This document shows positions 38,954 to 48,836 of a DNA stretch of 54,454 bases, piece after piece; the first letter of the stretch is position 1; each line of letters starts with the position of its first letter. This DNA is from an uncultured Gammaproteobacteria bacterium. GTDB lineage: Bacteria > Patescibacteriota > Microgenomatia > CAYXHB01. The notes beneath the pieces are model-generated. The model made no database searches. It was not told the origin of the DNA and saw nothing but the letters and a program-made list of their open reading frames with translations. The stretch spans positions 1 to 54,454 of the forward strand of contig CAZLQM010000005.1 in NCBI GenBank assembly GCA_964561945.1, written 5' to 3'. A program made the translations under genes and the position numbers.

Positions 38954-41023
38954 ATGAGTGTATTGAAAATTATAAGAAAAAACTTCGGGACAGTCGGAGC
39001 GGTTATTGTCTTGGGAATTATTTACTTTTTGACGATGTCACATAATGTGACTGGATATGCTGATAGTGATGAACTAGTTTTGGCAGCTAAACTTGGAGGT
39101 GTAGCTCATCCTCCCAGCTATCCTGTTTACACGCTGTTACTGAGTTTTTGGTTGAAGTTAGGGTGGAGTAATTATATTTGGGCGGGAAGTCTACTATCAG
39201 GAATCATGCAACTTGGAACGATCGTGGCATTGGGGTGGGTGGTAAAAAAAATAATGCCTGGAATTAATCAGATGATTCTGAGTTTGGGGTTGGTGGCTGT
39301 AGGATTGAGTAATGGATTCTGGACGCATGCGGTGGTGACGGAAGTTTTTGGATTGAGTAATTTGTTGATCATGCTTACGATTGGAGGATTTGTAGCTGTT
39401 TATAAAAAGGAAAACTGGAGCAAAACTCAGTACCTACTTTTGGGGATAGTCTGGGGCTTAGGACTAACCCATCATCCAACTTACCGTGCTATGATGCCGC
39501 TGGTGATTTATACGGGCTGGCTGATTTGGAATAGAGATAAAAATAGTAAATATCTAAGTGGCATTGGCGCTGTCTTAGGTATCTTCACCTACTTGGGATT
39601 GTGGTTATTGGATGGAAACAAGGCAAGTTATTCTTGGCCCATTGGGAACGGACTGGGAGGGCTGTGGCAAACCTGGAACTATCAAATTTACACAAGTGAA
39701 GGTTCAGCCGTCGAAATGCTCAAAGAAGCTTGGGGATTGGGAAACATATGGCATTCGATTACAAGCTATGCTGGTTTGTATTATCAAGAGTATGGGATAG
39801 CGGGCATTATATTTAGTGCAATTGGTAGTTGGTGGTTATATCGTCAGGACAAGAAACTGTTTATAGGATTAATTGGAACATTTGGGTTGCTGGGGCTAGG
39901 AATTGCTGTGTATATGAAATTTCCAGATGCACAGAACATTAGTGATGCGGGTTATTACTGGGGAACTGCGTTGCGATATCGAATGTTACTGAGTTCGTTT
40001 GTGATAAATGGAATGTTTTGGGCATTTGGAATAACTACTTTGATTAATGAAATTAAGCGTATTAGATATAAGCTACTTATGTTGGGATTAATAGTTATTT
40101 GGGTTGGCATGAATGGATATGGGAAGTTTGGAGATATGAATTTGTCTGATGCTAATTTTACTGATTACTATACTCAAACAATATTGGGAACTTTGCCTCA
40201 AGATTCAGTTTTGATTGTCGATGATGATTTGGTGTTTAGCCTCCTCTATCAGCAATTAGTAATGGGATTAAGAAGTGATGTAGCAATTTTGCCTGCTACA
40301 TGGCAGATGAGACACTACTGGGTAGATGAAAATCAAGAACTTATCGGTCATCTATATAGGAATCGTCAAGAACAAATAATTTTTGGAGTGGCAAATCTTT
40401 TATCTCAAGGCAAACGTGTCTTGGTATATGGACTAGACAGCCAAACGTATGAGCAATTGGGAATTAACGGAAATCCTTATTTTGCTGTTCCCAATCAATA
40501 TACAATTGAAATAGTAGTTAAACCTCAAGTTCCTATTACAGCTTACGACTATGGAATAACTCAACAATTAACTCAACTTAAAAATAAGCGACTGTCTACA
40601 TGGAATAAAGGATTGATGGGGCATGTATCTTTGGTTCATACATTTATCGGATACTTGCAATCTGGCTGGGGAAATTCACAAGCAGGCGATATGCATCTGG
40701 AAATTGCCCAACACCTTGCTCAATTAGATAGTAATAAACAACAGATACAAGATTTGCGATCAGGTATAACAAAAATAACCCCATGGAACGCGAATTTGAA
40801 ACTGATAACTCCAGTTGAATGGCAGATGCTTGCTAAGCAGTCTTGGGCGGAAGGAAATTACGATTTGGCTAAGTTCCAAGCACAAAGAGCTGTGATGCTT
40901 GAGTCAAGAAATCTAGTGGCTCGACAGTTGTTAATTGAAATATTGAGTAATACCAACTCTCCCTCACTTGCGGATCAAGTGGAAATTTATCAACAGCAGA
41001 CACAGGAAAATCTGGAATTATGA
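38954..41023 (+). CDS. DUF2723 (TMEM260-like) putative protein O-glycosyltransferase with C-terminal TPR-like helices
   Basis: ADSDEL, GVAHPPSYPVY, TEVFGL, GLTHHP. Confidence 0.85.
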   Translation: MSVLKIIRKNFGTVGAVIVLGIIYFLTMSHNVTGYADSDELVLAAKLGGVAHPPSYPVYTLLLSFWLKLGWSNYIWAGSLLSGIMQLGTIVALGWVVKKIMPGINQMILSLGLVAVGLSNGFWTHAVVTEVFGLSNLLIMLTIGGFVAVYKKENWSKTQYLLLGIVWGLGLTHHPTYRAMMPLVIYTGWLIWNRDKNSKYLSGIGAVLGIFTYLGLWLLDGNKASYSWPIGNGLGGLWQTWNYQIYTSEGSAVEMLKEAWGLGNIWHSITSYAGLYYQEYGIAGIIFSAIGSWWLYRQDKKLFIGLIGTFGLLGLGIAVYMKFPDAQNISDAGYYWGTALRYRMLLSSFVINGMFWAFGITTLINEIKRIRYKLLMLGLIVIWVGMNGYGKFGDMNLSDANFTDYYTQTILGTLPQDSVLIVDDDLVFSLLYQQLVMGLRSDVAILPATWQMRHYWVDENQELIGHLYRNRQEQIIFGVANLLSQGKRVLVYGLDSQTYEQLGINGNPYFAVPNQYTIEIVVKPQVPITAYDYGITQQLTQLKNKRLSTWNKGLMGHVSLVHTFIGYLQSGWGNSQAGDMHLEIAQHLAQLDSNKQQIQDLRSGITKITPWNANLKLITPVEWQMLAKQSWAEGNYDLAKFQAQRAVMLESRNLVARQLLIEILSNTNSPSLADQVEIYQQQTQENLEL

Positions 41024-43071
41024 AGAAACTGGAGGTAATCAAAATGGAAGAGAGACGTTTTGGTAATTGGAAAAACTGGCAAGTAATAATTGGCGCCCTA
41101 ATACCAATAATGGTTTTGTATAGTTTGACACTAGGGACAAGTCCTATTCCATTTGCCGACTCCCTAGAGTTAATAACCGCAGGTAAAATTGCAAGTTTGG
41201 CTCATCCTCCTGGATATGGTTTGCACACCTTGATATTACACGGACTTTTGGGATTGATTGAAGGTAAAAAAGTTGCTTGGGTGTCCAATGTTTATTCGGC
41301 TGGACTGCAAATCATGACTCTGGGAGTTATTGGTTTAATTATTGGAAAATTGAGTGACAGTTGGGGAGTGGTAGATAAAAGGAAAAGATTATCAATCGTC
41401 CTAACTATTTGGATAATAGGCTTAGGGAGATATTTTTGGTTTAGTGCTAGTCTATTAGAAGTTTTTAGTTTGAATAATTTTTTGATAGTTTGTTTGATTT
41501 ATCTTGGCATGAAGATTGTAGAAAATGGTAAGGGGAAATTCACAAATTATCTTTGGGGGTTGATTGCAGGGCTGGCTCTAGGTCATCAACAAATAAGTAT
41601 CTTAATTAGTTTGCCATTACTAGTGGGATTATGTGTTTGGTTATTCAAACGGAAATTACAAAAATCGGCGGGCCAGTTAATCATTGGATTAATAGTAGGT
41701 TTGTTATTTAGCGCTGTGATTACCTTTTATTTTGGGGTTAGTGGGAGTGAGAAATGGGTTAGTTGGAGGATGGTCCCTGATTGGCAAGGTGTGTGGTCTA
41801 TTATGACAAGAGCAGATTACACAGGAATGCTTGTGGAACAAAGAGGTGAATCCCATGCATATTTGAAACGATTTGATTTAGGCGAAAGTTGGCAAGGAAT
41901 TTTGAAATATGGCAAGTTGTTGATTGACAACTATGGACTTGTGGGAATTTTATTAATAACTTGGACGGGATATGCTGTCTGGAGAGAAAAAAGAAAAAGG
42001 TGGGGCAAAGCTCTATTGGGCTTGTTGATTGTAAACGGACTGGGAATGGCTGTTTATTTGCCAATAGTTAACTATCAGGATATTGGGTATAAAATCGAGG
42101 CAATATTGGTTGAAAGAATATATTCACAAGGTTATATTTTGGCGGGACTATTAATTGGAATTGGAATCATCAAGTTATTGAAGATATTAGGAAGAAAGGA
42201 AGCTAAGTTATTTGTAATTTTGATGTTATTGGGGATATTTAATCAAGGATTAGGAAATTATGAGTATGCTAATGTATCAAGGTTAAAAGAACCTTGGGTT
42301 GAGATTAAAAATGGACTTAATAAGTTGCCAGAGAGAAGCGTTTTGTTTTGTTTCGGAGATTGGTCATGCTTTGGGACAATTTATGCACAAGCTGTTGAGA
42401 ATGTAAGGAAGGATGTTTTGATTGTTCCCGTTACTCCACAGATAAGGTTGAAAAATTTGAAGGACATTAATTTGGTGGTTAATTATCCTGATAATCCTTG
42501 GCGAATGAGTGAATGGTTTGGCTGGGCAAGGAGAGAAAATAGACCAATTGCGGTAATGGAAATCAGCGATAATTACAAAAACTGGTTGGGATTCAATGAT
42601 GGGAACGGACACTTAAATACCGTTAGCGACAATTTCCCGATGTGGCAATGTGGAGAAAAGAAAATGCAAGATGAGACTCTGTTAAATTTAACTGAAGGTG
42701 GAAAGTCACCCGCTCATGAATACATGAGATTAACGCGACAAAACAATTTAGAAAATAATTGGAGGATTCAAAATCGAGATAATGAAAAAGAGATCCCCGT
42801 GTGTTTGAGCGCAACAGATCTATACAAAAAGGCAAGGATTTGTAAAGCCAAGAACGAGCCGTGTGCTTGGAATAATTACATGCAAGCGATTATGCTTGAT
42901 CCTAGGAATATTGAGATTAGACTTGATTTGGCAAATTATTTACTACCATTGACTCCAGAACTTGCCAAGCGTGAGTATAAATTAGTATTAAATTTGGATG
43001 CGGATAACAAAGTGGCAAAATCTATGCTTAACGAAATGAGAAGTGTGGTAGATCTGGATAAAGAATGGTAA
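41020..43071 (+). CDS. DUF2723 (TMEM260-like) paralog with C-terminal TPR
   Basis: ADSLEL, LAHPPGYGL, LEVFSL, LGHQQ, YMQAIMLDPRN. Confidence 0.85.
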   Translation: MKKLEVIKMEERRFGNWKNWQVIIGALIPIMVLYSLTLGTSPIPFADSLELITAGKIASLAHPPGYGLHTLILHGLLGLIEGKKVAWVSNVYSAGLQIMTLGVIGLIIGKLSDSWGVVDKRKRLSIVLTIWIIGLGRYFWFSASLLEVFSLNNFLIVCLIYLGMKIVENGKGKFTNYLWGLIAGLALGHQQISILISLPLLVGLCVWLFKRKLQKSAGQLIIGLIVGLLFSAVITFYFGVSGSEKWVSWRMVPDWQGVWSIMTRADYTGMLVEQRGESHAYLKRFDLGESWQGILKYGKLLIDNYGLVGILLITWTGYAVWREKRKRWGKALLGLLIVNGLGMAVYLPIVNYQDIGYKIEAILVERIYSQGYILAGLLIGIGIIKLLKILGRKEAKLFVILMLLGIFNQGLGNYEYANVSRLKEPWVEIKNGLNKLPERSVLFCFGDWSCFGTIYAQAVENVRKDVLIVPVTPQIRLKNLKDINLVVNYPDNPWRMSEWFGWARRENRPIAVMEISDNYKNWLGFNDGNGHLNTVSDNFPMWQCGEKKMQDETLLNLTEGGKSPAHEYMRLTRQNNLENNWRIQNRDNEKEIPVCLSATDLYKKARICKAKNEPCAWNNYMQAIMLDPRNIEIRLDLANYLLPLTPELAKREYKLVLNLDADNKVAKSMLNEMRSVVDLDKEW

Positions 43072-43117
43072 ATATTTATATATATTGACTAGAAGTAACC
43101 TGGTGAAATCAAAAAGT

Positions 43118-43163
43118 TAGAAGGCGAATCGAGTGTCTCTCCTCATTGATTCGCCTTCTATTT
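43118..43163. terminator. Stem-loop terminator between convergent genes
   Basis: 13-bp stem tagaaggcgaatc / gattcgccttcta followed by ttt. Confidence 0.7.
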
Positions 43164-43183
43164 GAAAACTGTATATTGTTTTG

Positions 43184-43507
43184 CTAAGTTGGAGGTGCTC
43201 TTATCCCTGGAACGCCCCCGGGATAATTGATAGGAATGAGCGAGCTGATCGGGATGAATTTGAAATTTGAGTGAAACGGGAATAAGTGCGACAGATTAAA
43301 TTCCTGCAGATCATTGCGTCTGTATTTCTTTAATATTTTGGCCCCCGTAAATACAACCGATAGTGCAGGAAGTGTCCAAATTCTAGGAATTTGGAAAACT
43401 GTCCCTGTCCATATTGCTGCGCTTACCACGGCAATCCCGACAGTGTTAATTCCTAATCGTCTCCGGGAGATTGATGCACCTCCTTTCTGAAAAATTGATT
43501 TAATCAT
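43184..43507 (-). CDS. Hypothetical small membrane protein
   Basis: 107 aa, two hydrophobic segments; divergent from the response regulator. Confidence 0.45.
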   Translation of the reverse strand: MIKSIFQKGGASISRRRLGINTVGIAVVSAAIWTGTVFQIPRIWTLPALSVVFTGAKILKKYRRNDLQEFNLSHLFPFHSNFKFIPISSLIPINYPGGVPGIRAPPT

Positions 43508-43573
43508 GATTTAAATATAAAGAATTGAAGATGTGAATATGCTGAGTGCCATCTGGTAGTTGTGCAAGAAATG

Positions 43574-43618
43574 TGTGAGATAATTCTCACGTTACTCTCA
43601 TAGATTTGGCGTTATAAT
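43574..43618 (+). promoter_or_regulatory. Response-regulator promoter with 11-bp-periodic direct repeat (probable OmpR-family box)
   Basis: ATTCTCAC (43583-90) and ACTCTCAT (43594-601) cover the -35 zone; TATAAT at 43613-18. Confidence 0.55.
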
Positions 43619-43626
43619 GGTCGCCG

Positions 43627-44307
43627 ATGCATATACTAATAGTTGAAGATGAATTGAAAATTGCTAATTTCTTGCGTCGTGGGTTGAAAGAAGAGCATTA
43701 TGCAGTTGATGTGGCATATGATGGGGAAGATGCTTTGGATAAGTTTGAGATTAATGCTTATGATTTGATTTTGCTTGATCTAATGATTCCCAAGATAGAT
43801 GGCATTGCGGTTTGTAAGAAAATAAGGAGTTTAAATACTAATATTCCGATTCTAATGTTAACTGCCAAGGACTCAGTTGAAAGCAAGGTGGCCGGACTTG
43901 ATGCTGGAGCTGATGATTATCTTACTAAACCTTTTTCATTCGCTGAGCTCTCAGCCCGAGTTCGAGCCTTATTGCGCAGAGGCACTCGAGCAGGTGATCA
44001 TGTCGTGTTGGAAATTGATGATTTGAGATTAAATCCTGCTACCAAACAAGTAACTCGAAATAACAAATCAATTGCATTGACTGCGCGTGAGTTTGCGTTA
44101 CTGGAATATTTTATGCGTAATCCCAATACAGTTTTGACTAAGACTCAACTACTCGAACATGTGTGGGATTATAGTTATGACGGACTATCAAATATCGTTG
44201 AAACATATGTAAAATACTTAAGGAAAAAGTTGCACCTAAATGCTAAAGCCAAAGAACTGATTCATACTCGACGAGGTTCTGGCTATATTATGACAACCGA
44301 AATATGA
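43627..44307 (+). CDS. OmpR/PhoB family response regulator
   Basis: IVEDE, LLDLMIP, LTAKD, GADDYLTKPF, LTAREFALL, IHTRRGSGY. Confidence 0.97.
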   Translation: MHILIVEDELKIANFLRRGLKEEHYAVDVAYDGEDALDKFEINAYDLILLDLMIPKIDGIAVCKKIRSLNTNIPILMLTAKDSVESKVAGLDAGADDYLTKPFSFAELSARVRALLRRGTRAGDHVVLEIDDLRLNPATKQVTRNNKSIALTAREFALLEYFMRNPNTVLTKTQLLEHVWDYSYDGLSNIVETYVKYLRKKLHLNAKAKELIHTRRGSGYIMTTEI

Positions 44308-44310
44308 TCT

Positions 44311-45303
44311 ATGTTTACAAGTGCTCAAGTGAAACTTACTTTTTGGTATAGTCTGTTATTTTTTGTAATTTTTTGGGCTTTTTCTAGTGCGATATATGTT
44401 TGGATGTCACGGGAATTAGGTACAAGTTATATCAGCCAAGTTCGTCAACATCAGGGAATTGAATACTGGAGTCCATATGACGAAGGTAAGACAACTGTTG
44501 TAACACTAGCTGGCGAAGTAGCCTTGGCACAATTAAGACGGGTTTTAGTGATGCTAGATTTGTTATTTTTGGTAATTATTCCGCCGATGTCTTGGATCTT
44601 GGTCAAATGGACTCTGGAGCCCATACAGGCAAGTCATGTTAAACAAAAACAATTTATATCAGATGCTTCACACGAACTACGAACACCTCTTTCGATAATC
44701 AGTGGTGAAATTGAAGTTGCCTTGGGTAAAAACCGTAAGGTTGATGAGTATAGAAATATTCTTTCAAGTACTAAGGAAGAAATTGATCGATTGTCGAAAC
44801 TAGTTAAGAATCTATTGTTACTTGCGCGGAACGATCGAGATGAATTAGTACGAGAATTGGTTGATTTGACCGACTTACTGGGCGGCGTCATCGCGGGGTT
44901 AACTCCCAAGGCAAAAAAGAAAAAGCAAACAATCGAGTTCATGCCTGCGGAAAATCCATCAATGGTGATGGGTAATAGTAGCTTAATCTCCCAAGTGTTT
45001 TATAACTTGATTGATAATGCGATAACTTACAGTCCGATTAAAAGTAAAGTTGAAGTTATTTTAATTAACAAACGTAAATCTGTAATCGTACAAATAAAAG
45101 ATAAAGGAATTGGAATGTCCAAAGAAGATGTGACGAGGGTCTTTGACCGATTTTATCGAGCGGATGAGTCGCGCTCAGGTGTCCGAGGATACGGATTAGG
45201 GTTAGCGATCTGCCAAAGTGTAATAACCAAGCATGGTGGAACAATAATGGTCAGTTCCAAGGAAGGGGCTGGTTCTACATTTACCGTTGAGTTACCAGAA
45301 TAA
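44311..45303 (+). CDS. Sensor histidine kinase
   Basis: Two TM, H-box DASHELRTPL, NLIDNA, DKGIG, FDRFYR, GYGLGL. Confidence 0.97.
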   Translation: MFTSAQVKLTFWYSLLFFVIFWAFSSAIYVWMSRELGTSYISQVRQHQGIEYWSPYDEGKTTVVTLAGEVALAQLRRVLVMLDLLFLVIIPPMSWILVKWTLEPIQASHVKQKQFISDASHELRTPLSIISGEIEVALGKNRKVDEYRNILSSTKEEIDRLSKLVKNLLLLARNDRDELVRELVDLTDLLGGVIAGLTPKAKKKKQTIEFMPAENPSMVMGNSSLISQVFYNLIDNAITYSPIKSKVEVILINKRKSVIVQIKDKGIGMSKEDVTRVFDRFYRADESRSGVRGYGLGLAICQSVITKHGGTIMVSSKEGAGSTFTVELPE

Positions 45304-45340
45304 TTTGCGTTTTATTTGGCAATTGGTACATAATTGAAGA

Positions 45341-45613
45341 ATGACGCAGAATCCCCTAAGCCCACCGCATCTTGAGCAAAAAGTGTCAAAGCCAAAAGTA
45401 GCAAGAAAAGAAAATGGTGTATTGATCATTGTCTTGATGTTGTTATTTAGCTTAATAATTGGACTGGGAATCGGGTATGTGGTCGGTAATACTGTGAAAG
45501 GTGAAAATAGCAATGATGATGCCGTGGCGTGCACCTTGGACGCGCTAATGTGCCCTGATGGAACAGCTGTGGGAAGAATTCCACCAAATTGCGAGTTTGC
45601 ACCATGTCCATAA
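45341..45613 (+). CDS. Small membrane protein with Cys-rich ACTxDAxxCPDG...CEFAPCP motif
   Basis: One TM then a 4-Cys motif. Confidence 0.8.
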   Translation: MTQNPLSPPHLEQKVSKPKVARKENGVLIIVLMLLFSLIIGLGIGYVVGNTVKGENSNDDAVACTLDALMCPDGTAVGRIPPNCEFAPCP

Positions 45614-45629
45614 TGTCTATAAAAAAACC

Positions 45630-46790
45630 TTAAGGTTGATAGAGCTGAAGCATTTGGGATTGACTATCTTGAAGTGATTTGCTGAGGTTTTCGATTTTGC
45701 CCAAAGTGGAGTTACCACGACCTGCTGGAATGAGATTGGGTTGAGCAATGTTCTGGATAAATGTTGGCTTTAGATAAATGCCAGCAACTTGATTACGGAA
45801 GAAATTAAGTTCTACGATCAAGCCTTCACGAGTTGAAGTTGACCACATTTGGTCAAAGATTAGATTCCCAAGTGAATAAAAGATTGGTTTTTCTTTATAT
45901 ACTTCAACTCCTTGGACCCAATGAGAATGATGGCCGATAATGACATCCGCACCTGCATCAATTGCCGTATAAGCTAATAATCTTTGACTCACACTGGGCT
46001 GAGGCTGGTATTCACTCCCCCAGTGAAAATTGACAATTTGAAGATCTGAAATTTTGGATACTTGGGAAAGGCTTGATTGAATATTCTCTCTATCTAACTG
46101 GGACAATCTGTCATTGTTGCTAAAAGCACTAAACCCCAGAATGGCTACTTTGACTCCTCTAATTTCTAGAATTGTTGTTTGATTATCAAGTCCAGTATAA
46201 CGAATTTGGGATTGTGATAAATATTTGAGAGTCTGATCAAGACCTTGATTGCCATAATTAAGAGTATGATTGTTTGCTAGATTAACCACATCAATACTGG
46301 CATATTCGAGTCCCAACAAAGTACCTGGAGAACTGCAGAAAGTCATTCCCTCAGAAGTCAGCGGACAATTATCAATTACTGGATTTTCTAGATTGACCAT
46401 AGCAATGTCTGCAGTTTGAAATACTGGCGCGACTAGTTGGAAGGGGTAAGTGAAGTCTTGAAGGCGAGTTATATTGACACCTACTTCTCGACCCAACATG
46501 ACATCGCCTCCTGCTACGATTTGAATCACTTCATTCTGAGGAAGGTGGGAGAGTTTGACTCGATTGTTTTGGTAACTGTCATTCATAATAGTATCAAGGC
46601 TTAAAGTATTAATATTGGGAATGGAAGTAGGAGTCGGAGTTAAGGTAGGATTTGGAATGGAAATTTGGTCGGTGGCTTGAAGGGGTGGAGTTGGATTGTT
46701 ATTAAATATTAAAGGCAAAAAACCCAGAATAAGAGCAAAACTAAATCCCATTGCTAGGGAAATGCTGAGAATTGTTTTATTTATATGCAT
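45630..46790 (-). CDS. CapA/PgsA-family metallophosphoesterase
   Basis: GGDVMLGR, VNLE, LANNHTLNYG, FHWGSEY, IIGHHSH, YSLGNLIFDQ; start taken at MHINK. Confidence 0.93.
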   Translation of the reverse strand: MHINKTILSISLAMGFSFALILGFLPLIFNNNPTPPLQATDQISIPNPTLTPTPTSIPNINTLSLDTIMNDSYQNNRVKLSHLPQNEVIQIVAGGDVMLGREVGVNITRLQDFTYPFQLVAPVFQTADIAMVNLENPVIDNCPLTSEGMTFCSSPGTLLGLEYASIDVVNLANNHTLNYGNQGLDQTLKYLSQSQIRYTGLDNQTTILEIRGVKVAILGFSAFSNNDRLSQLDRENIQSSLSQVSKISDLQIVNFHWGSEYQPQPSVSQRLLAYTAIDAGADVIIGHHSHWVQGVEVYKEKPIFYSLGNLIFDQMWSTSTREGLIVELNFFRNQVAGIYLKPTFIQNIAQPNLIPAGRGNSTLGKIENLSKSLQDSQSQMLQLYQP

Positions 46791-46865
46791 ATAAATTCGT
46801 TGACAGTGTATTTGAGACCGTGTTAGGCTGATTATATTGTAATATACCGAAAGGAGGTGTGTCCT

Positions 46866-47081
46866 GTGCCTGCCAAGACAATTAAAAAAACTGCCAAAAA
46901 AACTAAAAGTCAAGCAAAAACTCAAGCTGTCCGCAAACCGGTTACGAAAAAAGTAGTAACTAAAGTTGTGAGTGAAACGCCTGACGAGATTCAAGTTTCG
47001 ATCACACGAGCTTTGCTAGGAATAATTGCGATTGCTGTGTTTATTAGTTTTTTCTTAAATAGACCGTTCTTTTTTAAGTAA
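46866..47081 (+). CDS. Small Lys-rich protein with C-terminal TM helix
   Basis: Strong SD upstream of GTG 46866; terminator downstream. Confidence 0.75.
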   Translation: MPAKTIKKTAKKTKSQAKTQAVRKPVTKKVVTKVVSETPDEIQVSITRALLGIIAIAVFISFFLNRPFFFK

Positions 47082-47095
47082 ATTAATCGATAAAT

Positions 47096-47127
47096 AAAAA
47101 CGCACGGGTTTAGATTCGTGCGTTTTT
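47096..47127. terminator. Bidirectional intrinsic terminator
   Basis: aaaaacgcacgg...tcgtgcgttttt. Confidence 0.85.
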
Positions 47128-47188
47128 GTGTGTGTAAATTAAATTATAGATTTGAAATTGAGAATAAAATCAGTGAGAAATTCGTGGA

Positions 47189-47338
47189 CTAGCGAGTAAA
47201 AGCATAGCCGAGAAGAACAGCTAGTATCGTGAAAGAAACAATTAGAGCTTTGTAAATGTCTCTTTTGAGTAAGGGAAGAGGTATTTCGTAAATTGATTCT
47301 TCACTTTGGATGTTGGTTTTTTTTGCGTTTGATGACAT
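47189..47338 (-). CDS. Small single-TM protein (49 aa), not in ORF track
   Basis: MSSNAKKTNIQSEESIYEIPLPLLKRDIYKALIVSFTILAVLLGYAFTR; TATAGT 6 nt upstream. Confidence 0.65.
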   Translation of the reverse strand: MSSNAKKTNIQSEESIYEIPLPLLKRDIYKALIVSFTILAVLLGYAFTR

Positions 47339-47469
47339 GCGCTTACTATATCATTGTATGGAAATTTTGTTAATCCAAACTGAGAATCGAGAAATTAATA
47401 ACAAGAAAAAGGAATTGATTAATCTTAGCCATTGACAAGAAGTTTGTCTGTCTGTGACAATTTGGAAGT

Positions 47470-48705
47470 ATGTCAAAGAAAATAAGTTTTGGGTTGGTAA
47501 TGGTGTTACTTTATTTTGTTTCTGCTGGTGGCTCATATTTGGCATTTAGCTCGATGAATTCAACAGACCCTGATCGAGTGTTAGTATCGCCTGAGTCAAT
47601 GACAGAGGAGGAAACGGCAGAAGCAAGATCTAGAGTAAATCCTGACGAACCCAAGACAGCATCTTGTCCGATAAATGGAGGAATGTTTACCAAATCTGAG
47701 GAACAAATTTGGGCAACACGAAGACCGCTTGCTGTAATGATCGAGAATCACGTAGATGCCCGCCCTCAATCTGGGTTAAATGATGCTGATGTGGTTTATG
47801 AAACATTGGCCGAAGGCGGAATTACAAGGTTTATGGGAGTGTTTTATTGTGGTGCTGCTGGTGGAGATGTAGAAGTAGGGCCAGTAAGATCTGCTCGGAC
47901 TTACTTCTTGGATTGGGTTTCGGAATATGGTGAAAATCCAATTTATGCCCATGTGGGTGGGGGAAATTGTAACAAAGAAACAGGTTCTGGTTGTGCCAAT
48001 GGAGCAAAAGCAGATGCAATTGGTCAAATAGCCAAGTATGGCTGGAGATTTTATAACGACATTGATGGTCTATATATTGGCTTACCTGTATTTAAACGAG
48101 ACAATAGATTGGAGAAATTTACTGGAAATCAAAATATTGCAGTAGAACACACCATGTATTCATCGACAGACAAGCTCTATGCGGAGGCTGAGAAAAGGGG
48201 CCTAACAAGCGTTGATGCCAAAGGCGTGGCATGGAATTCAAGCTTTGTACCTTGGAAATTTAAGGAAGATGCACCAAGTGTAAGTACAAATGCAAACGAC
48301 ATCAATTATATGTTCTGGGAACAGTTTGCTGATTCTTACTTAGTTGATTGGAAGTATGATAGTGCAACGAATAGTTATCTTAGAAGCAATGGCGGTCAAT
48401 CACACATTGATTTGAACACACAGAAACAAATTTTAGCAAAGACAGTAATTTTACAAATAATGAAAGAGTCGCGAGCTAATGATGGATATGAGAATAATTT
48501 GCATTTACTATATGCAAACAAAGGAACGGGCAAAGCAATGGTTTTCCAAGATGGAACAGTAACTGAAGGCACTTGGAAGAAAGCTGATCGAACATCTCGA
48601 ACTGTGTTTTATGACAAAGCAGGCAAAGAAATAGCTCTCAATAGGGGTAAGGTTTGGATAAGTACAATTCCAGCTCAGAGCGAGTCGATGATTAAGTATC
48701 AGTAA
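47470..48705 (+). CDS. DUF3048 domain protein, membrane-anchored
   Basis: RPLAVMIENH..ARPQSGL..ADVVYE..AEGGITRF, GPVRSAR; promoter TTGACA-N18-GACAAT. Confidence 0.92.
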   Translation: MSKKISFGLVMVLLYFVSAGGSYLAFSSMNSTDPDRVLVSPESMTEEETAEARSRVNPDEPKTASCPINGGMFTKSEEQIWATRRPLAVMIENHVDARPQSGLNDADVVYETLAEGGITRFMGVFYCGAAGGDVEVGPVRSARTYFLDWVSEYGENPIYAHVGGGNCNKETGSGCANGAKADAIGQIAKYGWRFYNDIDGLYIGLPVFKRDNRLEKFTGNQNIAVEHTMYSSTDKLYAEAEKRGLTSVDAKGVAWNSSFVPWKFKEDAPSVSTNANDINYMFWEQFADSYLVDWKYDSATNSYLRSNGGQSHIDLNTQKQILAKTVILQIMKESRANDGYENNLHLLYANKGTGKAMVFQDGTVTEGTWKKADRTSRTVFYDKAGKEIALNRGKVWISTIPAQSESMIKYQ

Positions 48706-48836
48706 AGGTTTGTTAAATTGAGAAGCGGATACTCTATATTAAAATGCTAAAAATTACAGGTTGATTTATTTGTAGAGTGTCGAAGAAAATTGATTAACTT
48801 CTGTACTCGTTGTAATATCTGACGTACAATTAAGGT

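Noticed and set aside
46791-46994. N-terminal extension of the CapA ORF in the track
   Set aside because: It is the antisense of the Lys-rich gene at 46866-47081; ATG 46790 gives a normal N-terminal anchor.
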